Below, one piece after another: positions 8,681 through 17,453 of a stretch of DNA of 32,000 nucleotides. The first letter of the stretch is position 1; the number at the start of each line of letters is the position of its first letter. A program made the position numbers and the translations under genes. The notes beneath the pieces were generated by a model, which ran no database searches, had not been told where the DNA came from, and worked only from the letters and a program-made list of their open reading frames with translations. Where the stretch lies: positions 1 through 32,000 of the forward strand of contig JABUBF010000006.1 of assembly GCA_013306035.1 (NCBI GenBank). Reading direction: 5' to 3'. This DNA is from Nitrososphaerota archaeon. Its GTDB lineage: Archaea; Thermoproteota; Nitrososphaeria; Nitrososphaerales; UBA57.

Positions 8681-9529
8681 TCAAGTCTTTTCGATAATAC
8701 ATCCTTTTTCAAATAATTCTCTTATATTTGTGACTAAAATCAATGGTGATATTGTTAAAATCACTAATGTGATTAGTAGAAAAATCTGTTGATAAAATAC
8801 ATTTGATAATGATAATAATAAGGGAGTTCCAGTAATTATTGAAATCCCAACTGAACCAGGTAATATACTTGTCAATAATAAACCAGCACATGTTGGGCAT
8901 GCTGTAAATAGACCTGTCAAAGCCCCTATACTCAATAACCATTTTTCATTATTCTTTGGCCTATTACTAAACGCAAATGCCATAAGCATTACATTCCAGG
9001 ATACTAATGCTGAAATTAGGATTAATAATAATAAGCTCACAGGAATTAAAATTGCTCCTATGTGTTCTGTTATATAGATTGCAACATTAGGATATTGACC
9101 TGGCGATCCACAACAATAGACTATTTTGATTGAAGGTATTGATACATTAAAAGCGTCGGAAAAAACTATCTCTGGCTGATAAACGATTATTCCTGAAATT
9201 ATCGAAAAAAATATTACATATAATCCTGAAGAAATAATAAATATTCTTCTGTATTTCATTTTTGCAAATAGATCATATGTGAGGGATTTTAAGTCTATTG
9301 AGGTTAAATTATTAGATAGCTTCAAATTTTTTTGTGTAATTAATATCTTCTCAATTTGTATTACAATCATTAGCATTCCGATTAATATGCTAATTATGTA
9401 TAATGAAGCCACATATTGTACTAAATTGGTAAGATTCTGAAAATAATTATTAATTATCTCTGCATATGTGATAGAACTACTGATTATTATCACGAGTCCA
9501 AGAATTACCCACCCGTAATTATATTTCAA
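8681..9529 (-). CDS. Polytopic membrane protein with CC and CPTC cysteine motifs, unknown function
   Basis: 282 aa with about 7 hydrophobic segments. It carries IVYCCGSPGQYPN and LFTACPTCAGLLL motifs. Confidence 0.5.
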   Translation of the reverse strand: MKYNYGWVILGLVIIISSSITYAEIINNYFQNLTNLVQYVASLYIISILIGMLMIVIQIEKILITQKNLKLSNNLTSIDLKSLTYDLFAKMKYRRIFIISSGLYVIFFSIISGIIVYQPEIVFSDAFNVSIPSIKIVYCCGSPGQYPNVAIYITEHIGAILIPVSLLLLILISALVSWNVMLMAFAFSNRPKNNEKWLLSIGALTGLFTACPTCAGLLLTSILPGSVGISIITGTPLLLSLSNVFYQQIFLLITLVILTISPLILVTNIRELFEKGCIIEKT

Positions 9530-9593
9530 TATTGATATTCTGCTTTAATGATTTAAAAAGTAAAGCCTAATTAATATCAATCTGATAAAAACA

Positions 9594-9785
9594 ATGTTGG
9601 CTCGTAACTGGTTAGAACCATTTAACTTTACTTTTGCATTATCTTTCCTACTTACAGGCCTTATCTTTCCGTTTCCAGCATTAGATAAATCTAGTTTACT
9701 TGTTCAAGGTCTTAGATTTGGCATGATATTCTTGGGCCTCTATCTTGTTTTTGGTATAATGAAAAAACGCCGTAATAAAAATTAA
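9594..9785 (+). CDS. Small two-TM membrane protein, hypothetical
   Basis: 63-aa ORF with two hydrophobic helices and a basic C-terminus (KKRRNKN). It is the only plus-strand ORF in this block. Confidence 0.3.
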   Translation: MLARNWLEPFNFTFALSFLLTGLIFPFPALDKSSLLVQGLRFGMIFLGLYLVFGIMKKRRNKN

Positions 9786-9786
9786 C

Positions 9787-10353
9787 TTATTTGAAAATCT
9801 TTAGTTGTTTTGCCAATAGATAAAATACATATCCTACAGATACTATTCCTAACTGAGTAATTAGCGTTAGTAACATTACCGGCAACATATTGAATCCTGT
9901 TACTGAAATTCCTACATATGACAGCCACAGTGATATTAATAATACGAATATCAGTGGTCCTATTATATTTCCTGGACTCTTATATTGCCTAATAAAGAAC
10001 AATCCTAAAAACGTGAATAATGGAGATAAAAGATCAATGGCACCTACTTTTGAAGTTGTGGCAATTACTAAATGACCTAGTGTTATCCCAAATATTGCAG
10101 CCATACCAAAGAATGCAATGAATGGCGCTAACATGAATCCAGGAATTATTGTTAATAATACATGTAACTTTTCTGACGCAATTACTTCCCCTGAAGGATC
10201 TATTGCAGTTAACAAACTACTCGGCAATAAAGTAAAAATTGATGTTTCAGGTAATCCTAGACTTCCTGCTGCAGTAATTCCAGCTGTAATTACAAATAAA
10301 CCGAAACGACTTGTATTGAATATTCCCTTTAATGGATTATTTTGTTTCGACAA
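9787..10353 (-). CDS. Polytopic membrane protein (5-6 TM), unknown function, immediately downstream of coxC
   Basis: 188 aa and hydrophobic throughout. Its start lies 1 nt after the coxC stop, suggesting co-transcription. Confidence 0.5.
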   Translation of the reverse strand: MSKQNNPLKGIFNTSRFGLFVITAGITAAGSLGLPETSIFTLLPSSLLTAIDPSGEVIASEKLHVLLTIIPGFMLAPFIAFFGMAAIFGITLGHLVIATTSKVGAIDLLSPLFTFLGLFFIRQYKSPGNIIGPLIFVLLISLWLSYVGISVTGFNMLPVMLLTLITQLGIVSVGYVFYLLAKQLKIFK

Positions 10354-10354
10354 T

Positions 10355-11218
10355 TTATGCTACCGCCTGAAAATATGATAAACCATCTTGCCACAAAAAT
10401 GCAAATAAGAATAACCAAACAATATGTACAAAGTGCCAATAGGTTCCCGCAGCTTCTAAAAATCCGTGATTCTTCTCATCAAATTGATTTCTAAATGCTT
10501 TGATCGTTACTACGGAATTTGCAATCACTCCTGCAATAACATGTACTCCATGAATTCCTGTTAACAAAAAGAAAGACGCTCCAAACAAACCATCTCTGGG
10601 AGTTAATTCACCTGTTGTTAATAGATTTGGCCATTCATATCCCATTTGTATTACTACAAATCCTAATCCTAAAATTACTGCCCCTAGAAAACCAAATTTT
10701 ACTGCTGTTTGATTTCCTTTCTTTACACCCGCAGTCGACCATTCAATCATAATGCTACTGACAATTAATAATCCAGTTTGAATACTTGGAATTACAACAT
10801 CAAGATGATGTAGTCCTTCTGGAGGCCATACTGCATAAGCTGACCTTAGATAGAAATACGCTACAAACGCTCCTCCGAAGAATGCTATCTCCGACAAAAG
10901 AAACAAAGCAGTTGGAAAACCAACATCTCCTATTTCATGAAACTCGCCAGGAGTACCTCCTGCCTTTACCATGTGTTCGGCTTCCTTTGTAATCTTTGGC
11001 CACCTTGGTATTTCTCCTCTAAGGAAGATGAATATCAATAAAACAAATAACCCAACTAATCCTGCTCCTAATTGTAAGGAGAACCCTTTTAGCATGAAGA
11101 TTACTCCAGCTGCAACAAACGCTCCAGCTCCTAAACCTATCAAAGCAGGCATATAAGAATGAATTTCACTCGTATCTACATGATGTTCAAATTCTACCTT
11201 TTCTTCATTATTAGTCAT
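10355..11218 (-). CDS. coxC: Heme-copper (cytochrome c / quinol) oxidase subunit III
   Basis: C-terminal GIHGVHVIAGVI...GTYWHFVHIVWLFLFAFLW matches the subunit III signature (YWHFVD.VWLFLF). Seven hydrophobic segments. Confidence 0.85.
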   Translation of the reverse strand: MTNNEEKVEFEHHVDTSEIHSYMPALIGLGAGAFVAAGVIFMLKGFSLQLGAGLVGLFVLLIFIFLRGEIPRWPKITKEAEHMVKAGGTPGEFHEIGDVGFPTALFLLSEIAFFGGAFVAYFYLRSAYAVWPPEGLHHLDVVIPSIQTGLLIVSSIMIEWSTAGVKKGNQTAVKFGFLGAVILGLGFVVIQMGYEWPNLLTTGELTPRDGLFGASFFLLTGIHGVHVIAGVIANSVVTIKAFRNQFDEKNHGFLEAAGTYWHFVHIVWLFLFAFLWQDGLSYFQAVA

Positions 11219-11293
11219 CCTAAGTCAAAAATTTTATATCAATAACCACATTTAACTTTTTTTTCCTAATAACATTTAATTAAATTATATACT

Positions 11294-11608
11294 TTGTTAA
11301 TATTATTGAATAAATTATCATATCTTGCTGAATTGGAAGAATTGAGAAGACAACAAATCTCTGATAAAGTCTCTAAATACAGAAAATTCTCTATCTTTCT
11401 TGCCATAATAATTCATGTTATTGCATTTGTTACCGGAATAGTAATGCTAGTCATACTATCTTATTCCTTTACTACTTTCCTTGTTTTTCACGCTACTATG
11501 CAGATTCTTGCATATCTGAATATATACTACGGACCGAAATTGTATGAAAAACAACTTAGAAAAAAAGCAATTAAACCCGACCCTCTGATGTTAAATAAAT
11601 TTAAATAA
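11294..11608 (+). CDS. Hypothetical membrane protein (start uncertain, TTG)
   Basis: 104-aa ORF with two hydrophobic helices, divergent from coxC. There is no in-frame ATG near the 5' end. Confidence 0.35.
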   Translation: MLILLNKLSYLAELEELRRQQISDKVSKYRKFSIFLAIIIHVIAFVTGIVMLVILSYSFTTFLVFHATMQILAYLNIYYGPKLYEKQLRKKAIKPDPLMLNKFK

Positions 11609-11677
11609 ATTTTACCAAATCTGGAAGGAGTAGAAATCCTAATATATTAAATCGATGCACTAAAATTTGGCTAAACA

Positions 11678-11935
11678 TTGGGAATACTTTCAACTTTTGA
11701 TAGAATTGTTTGGGGATTGACTATTGTTGTAACATTTATTGTATTATTTATTATAGGCGGAGGTTTTATGTTGTCTTGGTATCCTGATCCAATCGACGCA
11801 CGTGCTGCTATGATTAAACAATATTATGATCTCGTTTATGTTGCTGGAATGTTCGTTTCTGCTTTGTTTGTAGGGACATTCTTTTATTTGATATTTAAAT
11901 TCTGGGATCGTTCACAGCCTGCAGGTCTCGAATAA
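11678..11935 (+). CDS. Small two-TM membrane protein immediately upstream of subunit II (possible oxidase accessory, subunit IIa-like)
   Basis: 85 aa with a TTG start. Its stop lies 2 nt before the coxB ATG. It has two hydrophobic helices, and the second ends in FKFWDRS, like the post-TM segment of longer subunit II proteins. Confidence 0.45.
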   Translation: MGILSTFDRIVWGLTIVVTFIVLFIIGGGFMLSWYPDPIDARAAMIKQYYDLVYVAGMFVSALFVGTFFYLIFKFWDRSQPAGLE

Positions 11936-11937
11936 TT

Positions 11938-12363
11938 ATGAATACATTAGAAAAATTAGAATGGGCAACAATTATCGGAGCTACTATTCTGTTATTTGGA
12001 TTGGCTGCATTAGCTCTTCCTGTTTTAGACGCATTAGATAATCCTGATTATTATGGAGAGCCTGATTATATTGTTAATGTTGTAGCAAGTCAGTGGTCTT
12101 GGAACTTCATTTATCCTGATGGATCAGAATCTGGCGAACTAAAAATTAAACAAGGCGATATAGTTAGACTGGAACTAGAAAGCAAAGATGTTATTCACAG
12201 TTTCTACGTTCGAGAAATGGGATTTAAAGTTGATATAATACCTGGTAGAACTAGAATTCATATAATTCTTGCTGAAACTCCTGGCGAGTACTGGATTCAA
12301 TGCGCAGAATTCTGCGGTGCTTATCATGGCGGTATGAGAACTAAGGTAATTATTGAGGAATGA
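11938..12363 (+). CDS. coxB: Heme-copper oxidase subunit II (CuA domain, single N-terminal TM)
   Basis: CuA ligand pattern H(SFYV)...CAEFCGAYHGGM (H, C-x-E-x-C-x3-H-x2-M). It sits directly upstream of subunit I. Confidence 0.9.
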   Translation: MNTLEKLEWATIIGATILLFGLAALALPVLDALDNPDYYGEPDYIVNVVASQWSWNFIYPDGSESGELKIKQGDIVRLELESKDVIHSFYVREMGFKVDIIPGRTRIHIILAETPGEYWIQCAEFCGAYHGGMRTKVIIEE

Positions 12364-12369
12364 TAAAAG

Positions 12370-13902
12370 ATGGAAATTAAAGAAGTTAAGAAAGAGGCAA
12401 CTGCACAAAAAGAACATAAGAATTTCTATTCTAGTTGGAAGACTATCCTAACTACTACTCATCACACCGACATTGGTGTAATGTATTTGGTATTCTCTCT
12501 ATTTTTCTTCTTTATGGGAGGTTTTGCTTCATTACTTGTTAGATATGGACTAACTCGCGGAGGTTCAATAGCTCCTGAGGCATATTCGAGTTTATTTACA
12601 ATTCATGGCGTTAGTATGATATTTCTGTTTGTAATCCCTGCTTGGGCAGGTTTCGGAAACTATCTCGTTCCAAAATATATTGGAGCTAAAGATATGTATT
12701 TCCCAAAACTTAACGCATTAGGTTTCTGGTTATTACCTCCTGCAGGTTTTCTTATTTGGGCCGGTATGCCTAATGTAGGATGGACTGCTTATGCACCATT
12801 GTCTGTTTATGCAGCTGGTTGGGGTATGGATATGACTATCCTTGGCCTTCACTTGTTAGGAACATCGTCGATTATCGGCGGTCTTAATTTTATAGTTACA
12901 ATCATGAAGATGAGGGCTCCTGGTGTTACCTATAGAAACATGCCTTTGATGGTCTGGACACAACTGACTACTTCTTTCTTACAAGTTCTTGCTACACCAG
13001 TTCTCGCCATGGTTTTGACCTTATTGTTATTAGACAGAAATCTTGGAACAGGATTCTTTAACCCTGCTCTTGGCGGAGATCCTATAATGTGGCAACATCT
13101 ATTCTGGTTCTATTCACATCCTGCAGTATATATCATGGTTTTGCCAGGAATGGGTCTAATATCACAAATCTTACCAAGTATGTCAAGACAAAGAATATTT
13201 GGCTATAGCTCTATTGCAGTCTCTACTGCATTGATTGGATTCTTAGGTTTTGGTGTATGGGCACATCATATGTGGACTACTGGATTATCTATTACTGCAC
13301 GTGTACCGTTTATGTTTGTGACTATGGCTATTGCTATACCGTCAGGTGTAAAAGTCTTTAACTGGGTTGCTACATTGTATGGCGGCAAGATTAAGCTCAG
13401 CACTCCTATGCTTTTCAGTCTAAGCTTTATTCTTAGTTTTATTATTCAAGGAGTTGAAGGTGTTTTCCTTGCTGCTATTCCATTAGACTATCAACTTCAA
13501 GATACATATTATGTAGTAAGTCATCTGCATTATGTTCTGTTTGGAGTCTCAGCTCAAGCTGTTTTTGCAGGAATTTATTATTACTTCCCATATATGACTG
13601 GTCGAAAATACAATGAAACACTAGGACAACTTCATTTTGCTTTGACTACTGTAGGAATGTATACGCTATTCACTGCCATGTTATTCTTGGGACTTGCTGG
13701 AGCACCTAGAAGATATTACCAATATCTTCCAGAATTCTTCAATCTTAATGTAGCTGCATCATTTGGCGCTATTTTAATTGCATTTGGCGCACTTGTATTC
13801 TTGTATAATATCCTGTCTAGTTGGTATCGAGGTCCTCTTGTTGAAAATCAAGAAGATCCATGGAAACTCGCTGACTACGGTTTGAAAGAATGGCCTGATT
13901 AG
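12370..13902 (+). CDS. coxA: Heme-copper oxidase subunit I
   Basis: 510 aa with 12+ TM segments. It has WFYSHPAVYIMVLPGMG (the HPxVY motif with cross-link Tyr), WAHHMW (CuB His pair) and VSHLHYVLF. Confidence 0.95.
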   Translation: MEIKEVKKEATAQKEHKNFYSSWKTILTTTHHTDIGVMYLVFSLFFFFMGGFASLLVRYGLTRGGSIAPEAYSSLFTIHGVSMIFLFVIPAWAGFGNYLVPKYIGAKDMYFPKLNALGFWLLPPAGFLIWAGMPNVGWTAYAPLSVYAAGWGMDMTILGLHLLGTSSIIGGLNFIVTIMKMRAPGVTYRNMPLMVWTQLTTSFLQVLATPVLAMVLTLLLLDRNLGTGFFNPALGGDPIMWQHLFWFYSHPAVYIMVLPGMGLISQILPSMSRQRIFGYSSIAVSTALIGFLGFGVWAHHMWTTGLSITARVPFMFVTMAIAIPSGVKVFNWVATLYGGKIKLSTPMLFSLSFILSFIIQGVEGVFLAAIPLDYQLQDTYYVVSHLHYVLFGVSAQAVFAGIYYYFPYMTGRKYNETLGQLHFALTTVGMYTLFTAMLFLGLAGAPRRYYQYLPEFFNLNVAASFGAILIAFGALVFLYNILSSWYRGPLVENQEDPWKLADYGLKEWPD

Positions 13903-13908
13903 TAGTCG

Positions 13909-14334
13909 ATGAATCGCTTAAAGATTCTTTCAATATCTTCTACTATAGGCGTCTATATGTTAATTGTTCTTGGCGGAATTACTACTCAGAGTGGTTCAGG
14001 TATGGCTTGTCCTGATTGGCCTTTATGTTTTGGCGAACTTCTCCCTAATCTCACTACGACTGTCTTGATTGAAATGTCTCATCGTTATCTGGCCATGATT
14101 GTGGGTTTTCTTATACTTGGTACATTTATTGTTTCTTATCGTTCCTATAGGAGTGAAAAATCTCTTCTTACCTCGTCTGGCATTGCACTTGTATTGGTTA
14201 CCATGCAAGCATATATTGGCATGCTTACTGTAACATCAATTCTAGACCCTGCAATCGTCACTATTCATCTAGCTGTATCTACAGCCTTGTTTGGTTTCTC
14301 TGTTGTTACTGCTTTATTATCATTGCGAACATGA
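13909..14334 (+). CDS. ctaA: Compact (half-size, 4-TM) heme A synthase CtaA/Cox15
   Basis: GGITTQSGSGMACPDWPLCFG (the CtaA N-terminal Cys pair), EMSHRY in TM2 and TIHLAV in TM4. At only 141 aa it covers one of the two repeats found in standard CtaA. Confidence 0.7.
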   Translation: MNRLKILSISSTIGVYMLIVLGGITTQSGSGMACPDWPLCFGELLPNLTTTVLIEMSHRYLAMIVGFLILGTFIVSYRSYRSEKSLLTSSGIALVLVTMQAYIGMLTVTSILDPAIVTIHLAVSTALFGFSVVTALLSLRT

Positions 14335-14347
14335 TTGATAATGAAAT

Positions 14348-15022
14348 ATGCAATATCTTAAAAACCGAAATAATCCAAAAAATCTATTTCAAGATGGTCT
14401 GTTGCAAATCATTCTTGGAAATGCATTCATCTTATTATTGACCTCTTCTACATTAGAACGTTACGAAGTACAGAATCTATTTTTTCATATCATGATTGAA
14501 CATATATTATATATTTCAATTGGTTTTCTTTTTGCATCAGGTACTGATTCTGTAATTAAATCATTCAAATATAATTCATCAAATTACCAAAGACAAATCT
14601 TACAATATTACTCTAGGTATCTTATACTTAATAATCGATTTAATCCATTTGGTATGATTACGGGATTACTATTTCTCATATCATTATTTTACTGGCATAT
14701 TCCCTCTAATTTTGATACTGCAGTTGTTGATCTCAATTCACATATAACAATGCACTTTAGTATAATTCTCTCTGGAATGTTTCTTTATTCTAGCTTTAAG
14801 ATGATTTCACGCATACAGTCACTCATCTTCATATTATCTATTGATAAAACAATGGGGGTTTTAGGTTTCTTTCTAGCCAGTGGAAATTCTCAGATTTATC
14901 AAACATATCCTCTCTCCGTACAAATGACATCTGGATTTTGGATGATAATTATGATGGTCGGAATTGATTTAATATGTATACTTCTAATTCTAAAAACTTT
15001 CTTCATTTCTACACCTAAATAA
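14348..15022 (+). CDS. Polytopic membrane protein, possibly Bacillus-type CtaG (caa3 assembly factor) family
   Basis: 224 aa. LFFHIMIEHILYISIGFLFASG resembles the HM.QH..L motif of Caa3_CtaG proteins. It lies between ctaA and ctaB. Confidence 0.4.
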   Translation: MQYLKNRNNPKNLFQDGLLQIILGNAFILLLTSSTLERYEVQNLFFHIMIEHILYISIGFLFASGTDSVIKSFKYNSSNYQRQILQYYSRYLILNNRFNPFGMITGLLFLISLFYWHIPSNFDTAVVDLNSHITMHFSIILSGMFLYSSFKMISRIQSLIFILSIDKTMGVLGFFLASGNSQIYQTYPLSVQMTSGFWMIIMMVGIDLICILLILKTFFISTPK

Positions 15023-15060
15023 TCAAAGGATTTAATAATTGGAAAATAGGTAAAAATCAT

Positions 15061-15231
15061 ATGTTTGACATAATCAATCTTGTTTTTAACATATTTGTAA
15101 TGTTGTCAGGTTCTGAACAGCATAATGACCAAGAAACTAAAAAATTAATTGTTATATTAGCTGTTATTTTCCTAGTTCTTGGAATTGCTTATCTTCTATG
15201 GCAATCATTTTATGTAATTCCATCAGAGTGA
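15061..15231 (+). CDS. Small ORF (56 aa) with C-terminal TM helix, hypothetical
   Basis: Own translation: MFDIINLVFNIFVMLSGSEQHNDQETKKLIVILAVIFLVLGIAYLLWQSFYVIPSE. It fills the ctaG-like/ctaB gap. It is not listed in the supplied ORF track, whose shortest entry is 60 aa. Confidence 0.25.
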   Translation: MFDIINLVFNIFVMLSGSEQHNDQETKKLIVILAVIFLVLGIAYLLWQSFYVIPSE

Positions 15232-15241
15232 AATACCCCGA

Positions 15242-16159
15242 ATGCCATCTAATTCAATTCCGATAAATTATAGAAATCTAGCATCTCATCTTATAGAAGT
15301 CTCTAAACCTTCAATAATATACCTTCTTGATTTTGTGGCTATTTCTGCATTATTAATTGCATATCTTGGTGAATACACTACTAATCCTATTAGTTTCAAT
15401 ATAGTTGCTGGACTTCTTATTGCAGGTACTCTTTCTTCTGCAGGCTCTGCTGCATTGAATTGTTATCTAGATCGTGACATTGACATTAAGATGGAAAGAA
15501 CTAAAAATCGCGCTAGTGCAACTGGCCAGCTTTCACCCAATATTACTCTGATTTATGGAATTATTATGATCACAATCGCGGCAATTGTTTCTACTGTCTT
15601 TCTTAATTTATTGACTACAGGAATGATCCTGTTAGGCTCCTTCTTTTATGTTTTTATTTACACGATATGGCTAAAACGAAGGACTACTTGGAATATTGTA
15701 ATTGGAGGCTTTGCAGGTAGTGCCGCTGCATTTGCAGGGTGGACTGCTATTACTGGACAACTTAACCTCATTGCTATTCTTATGGGAACTTTAGTTTTTA
15801 TCTGGACTCCTTCACATTTCTGGGCATTGGCATTATTGAAAGACGACGATTATACCGAAGCAGGTATTCCTATGCTACCTGTTGTTGTAGGTAAAGTAAA
15901 AGCTGCACGTTACACTATAATCAATACTCTTTTGTTAATTCCATTTTCATTGGTCTTTGTCTTATTGGGATTTGGTTATGTCTATCTTGTAATTTCTGTT
16001 ATATTTGGAATCTTATTATTATATAGTAATGTAAAATTACTTAAGAACCCTGCCGACAAAAAAATCGCTCTTACTGCATTCAAATTTTCTAGTCCATATC
16101 TTGCGATAATATTTATTGCATTGATTTTGGATATTTTATATAGGATTCCTATTTTTTAG
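15242..16159 (+). CDS. ctaB: Protoheme IX farnesyltransferase (heme O synthase)
   Basis: UbiA-family motif NCYLDRDIDIKMERTKNRA and a second Asp-rich region (LKDDDY). About 8 TM segments, in the oxidase cluster. Confidence 0.9.
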   Translation: MPSNSIPINYRNLASHLIEVSKPSIIYLLDFVAISALLIAYLGEYTTNPISFNIVAGLLIAGTLSSAGSAALNCYLDRDIDIKMERTKNRASATGQLSPNITLIYGIIMITIAAIVSTVFLNLLTTGMILLGSFFYVFIYTIWLKRRTTWNIVIGGFAGSAAAFAGWTAITGQLNLIAILMGTLVFIWTPSHFWALALLKDDDYTEAGIPMLPVVVGKVKAARYTIINTLLLIPFSLVFVLLGFGYVYLVISVIFGILLLYSNVKLLKNPADKKIALTAFKFSSPYLAIIFIALILDILYRIPIF

Positions 16160-16665
16160 TTTTTTGATTCTACTGTTATTTCTTCTTTAACAATTTCTTT
16201 GTGTTTTTCTTCTACTGATTTTTTTACTTCTTGTAAACTTGAATCCATTCCGTTAATAACTTGCTTTCTTACATGTAGTCTATCGATAATTATTCCAATT
16301 ATGAAATTTGGAAGGATATAATCTGCTTCAAATGTTACCTTAGTTGTATCATTTATTTCCTCAAAGTTTACTGTAATTACATTCTTTTTGAATGGTCCAT
16401 TTAATGCTTTTGACACAATTTTCTTATTCTTAGTTACTTGACATGTTATACTATCCCATTGCATAGTTCTACCTCCAAATTCACCTACGATTCGCATTAC
16501 CGTTCCAACTCCCCATCCTTCTGTAATCTTGATAGGAATAATTTTCATTTTTGCTTCTTCTGGAAAATGACCTGCTACATGCTCTGGTCTTGCATAATAC
16601 ATGAAAACATCTTCTACAGGTGCTTCCATTATTATAGTTCTAGATACTTTACCCATTTTGAACAA
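16156..16665 (-). CDS. SRPBCC/START-fold (polyketide cyclase-like) domain protein
   Basis: 169 aa. The I.AP.E.VF.Y...PE start and overall pattern are typical of the SRPBCC superfamily. This is a weak, motif-level call. Confidence 0.45.
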   Translation of the reverse strand: MFKMGKVSRTIIMEAPVEDVFMYYARPEHVAGHFPEEAKMKIIPIKITEGWGVGTVMRIVGEFGGRTMQWDSITCQVTKNKKIVSKALNGPFKKNVITVNFEEINDTTKVTFEADYILPNFIIGIIIDRLHVRKQVINGMDSSLQEVKKSVEEKHKEIVKEEITVESKN

Positions 16666-16719
16666 TATAATAGAATAATTATGAATACTTATATCTTTTG
16701 GATATTACCATTTTAGAAA

Positions 16720-16941
16720 TTAATCATCTATCATTTGCATATTTGAAATATCTCCGGATACTTCATCAATCTCTAATGTATATGAAAATATGTCACTTGT
16801 ATCATTTTGTTTTGCAGAAAAACTTACTATCCATGTCGATGAATCATTATCAAAATTAATTGTTTTTAGTTCATTCCATTGTATATATCCAAAAAGATTT
16901 ACATATTCTGTCGCTTTTTTTATTATTTCGTCTTTATTCAT
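16720..16941 (-). CDS. Hypothetical small acidic protein
   Basis: 73-aa ORF, 2 nt downstream of the dehydratase gene on the same strand. Confidence 0.35.
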   Translation of the reverse strand: MNKDEIIKKATEYVNLFGYIQWNELKTINFDNDSSTWIVSFSAKQNDTSDIFSYTLEIDEVSGDISNMQMIDD

Positions 16942-16943
16942 TT

Positions 16944-17249
16944 TTAATCTAGAAAAATTTTCTCAAAATCGTCCATAATCTTTGCTAATTTAAAATCAAA
17001 ATTACTTATTCCTCCAACATCATGAGTTGTAAGTTCTACATTGATCTTATTATATACATTAAACCACTCTGGATGATGATTCATTCTTTCTATCTCAATT
17101 GCCATTCTGGTCATAAATGCGAATGCATCTCCAAAGTTCTTAAATTCGAATGTCTTTTTAATACGATCCTTATCTAGTGTCCAGTTACTTATCTTTGATA
17201 ATCCTAATTCTATCTCATTAGAATCTAATTTTCTATAGATTTCATCCAT
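16944..17249 (-). CDS. Pterin-4-alpha-carbinolamine dehydratase (PCD/DCoH family)
   Basis: [49 protein letters not shown] matches the PCD signature (HHP...V.V.L.TH..GG.). Confidence 0.85.
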   Translation of the reverse strand: MDEIYRKLDSNEIELGLSKISNWTLDKDRIKKTFEFKNFGDAFAFMTRMAIEIERMNHHPEWFNVYNKINVELTTHDVGGISNFDFKLAKIMDDFEKIFLD

Positions 17250-17365
17250 AATTATGTAGCGTTGCGGTACTTTTTTATTCTTTTCTGTACTTTATTATTT
17301 CGGTCTCGCGACCCGCGGTATTATCTTATGATTTTCCGCAGGCCCGCGGTAGCTCAGCTTGGTAG

Positions 17366-17378
17366 AAATATTGCCAAA
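17366..17378 (+). other. tRNA intron 1 (13 nt, between nt 22/23 in the D stem; boundary can slide 1 nt with the same product)
   Basis: Relaxed BHB: central helix TGGT (17360-63) / GCCA (17373-76), with 3-nt bulges AGA (17364-66) and AAA (17377-79). Removal restores the GAGC half of the D stem. Confidence 0.7.
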
Positions 17379-17393
17379 AGCTTCCGGCTGTAG

Positions 17394-17437
17394 GGTTAAG
17401 CCTTGGCTTATCCGAACAGTTTGCCAAGCACACAGGA
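17394..17437 (+). other. tRNA intron 2 (44 nt, canonical position 37/38)
   Basis: Full hBHBh'. The outer helix is the anticodon stem TCCGG/CCGGA, and the central helix is CTGT (17388-91) / ACAG (17432-35). The bulges are AGG (17392-94) and GAA (17436-38). The inner helix has GT/AC plus 6 bp CTTGGC (17402-07) / GCCAAG (17423-28). Confidence 0.85.
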
Positions 17438-17453
17438 ACCGGACTGTCGTCGG

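Noticed and set aside
11611-11667. Imperfect inverted repeat (TTACCAAAT ... ATTTGGCTAA) after the 104-aa ORF
   Set aside because: It has mismatches and a 35-nt loop, so it is too weak to call a terminator or a regulatory site.
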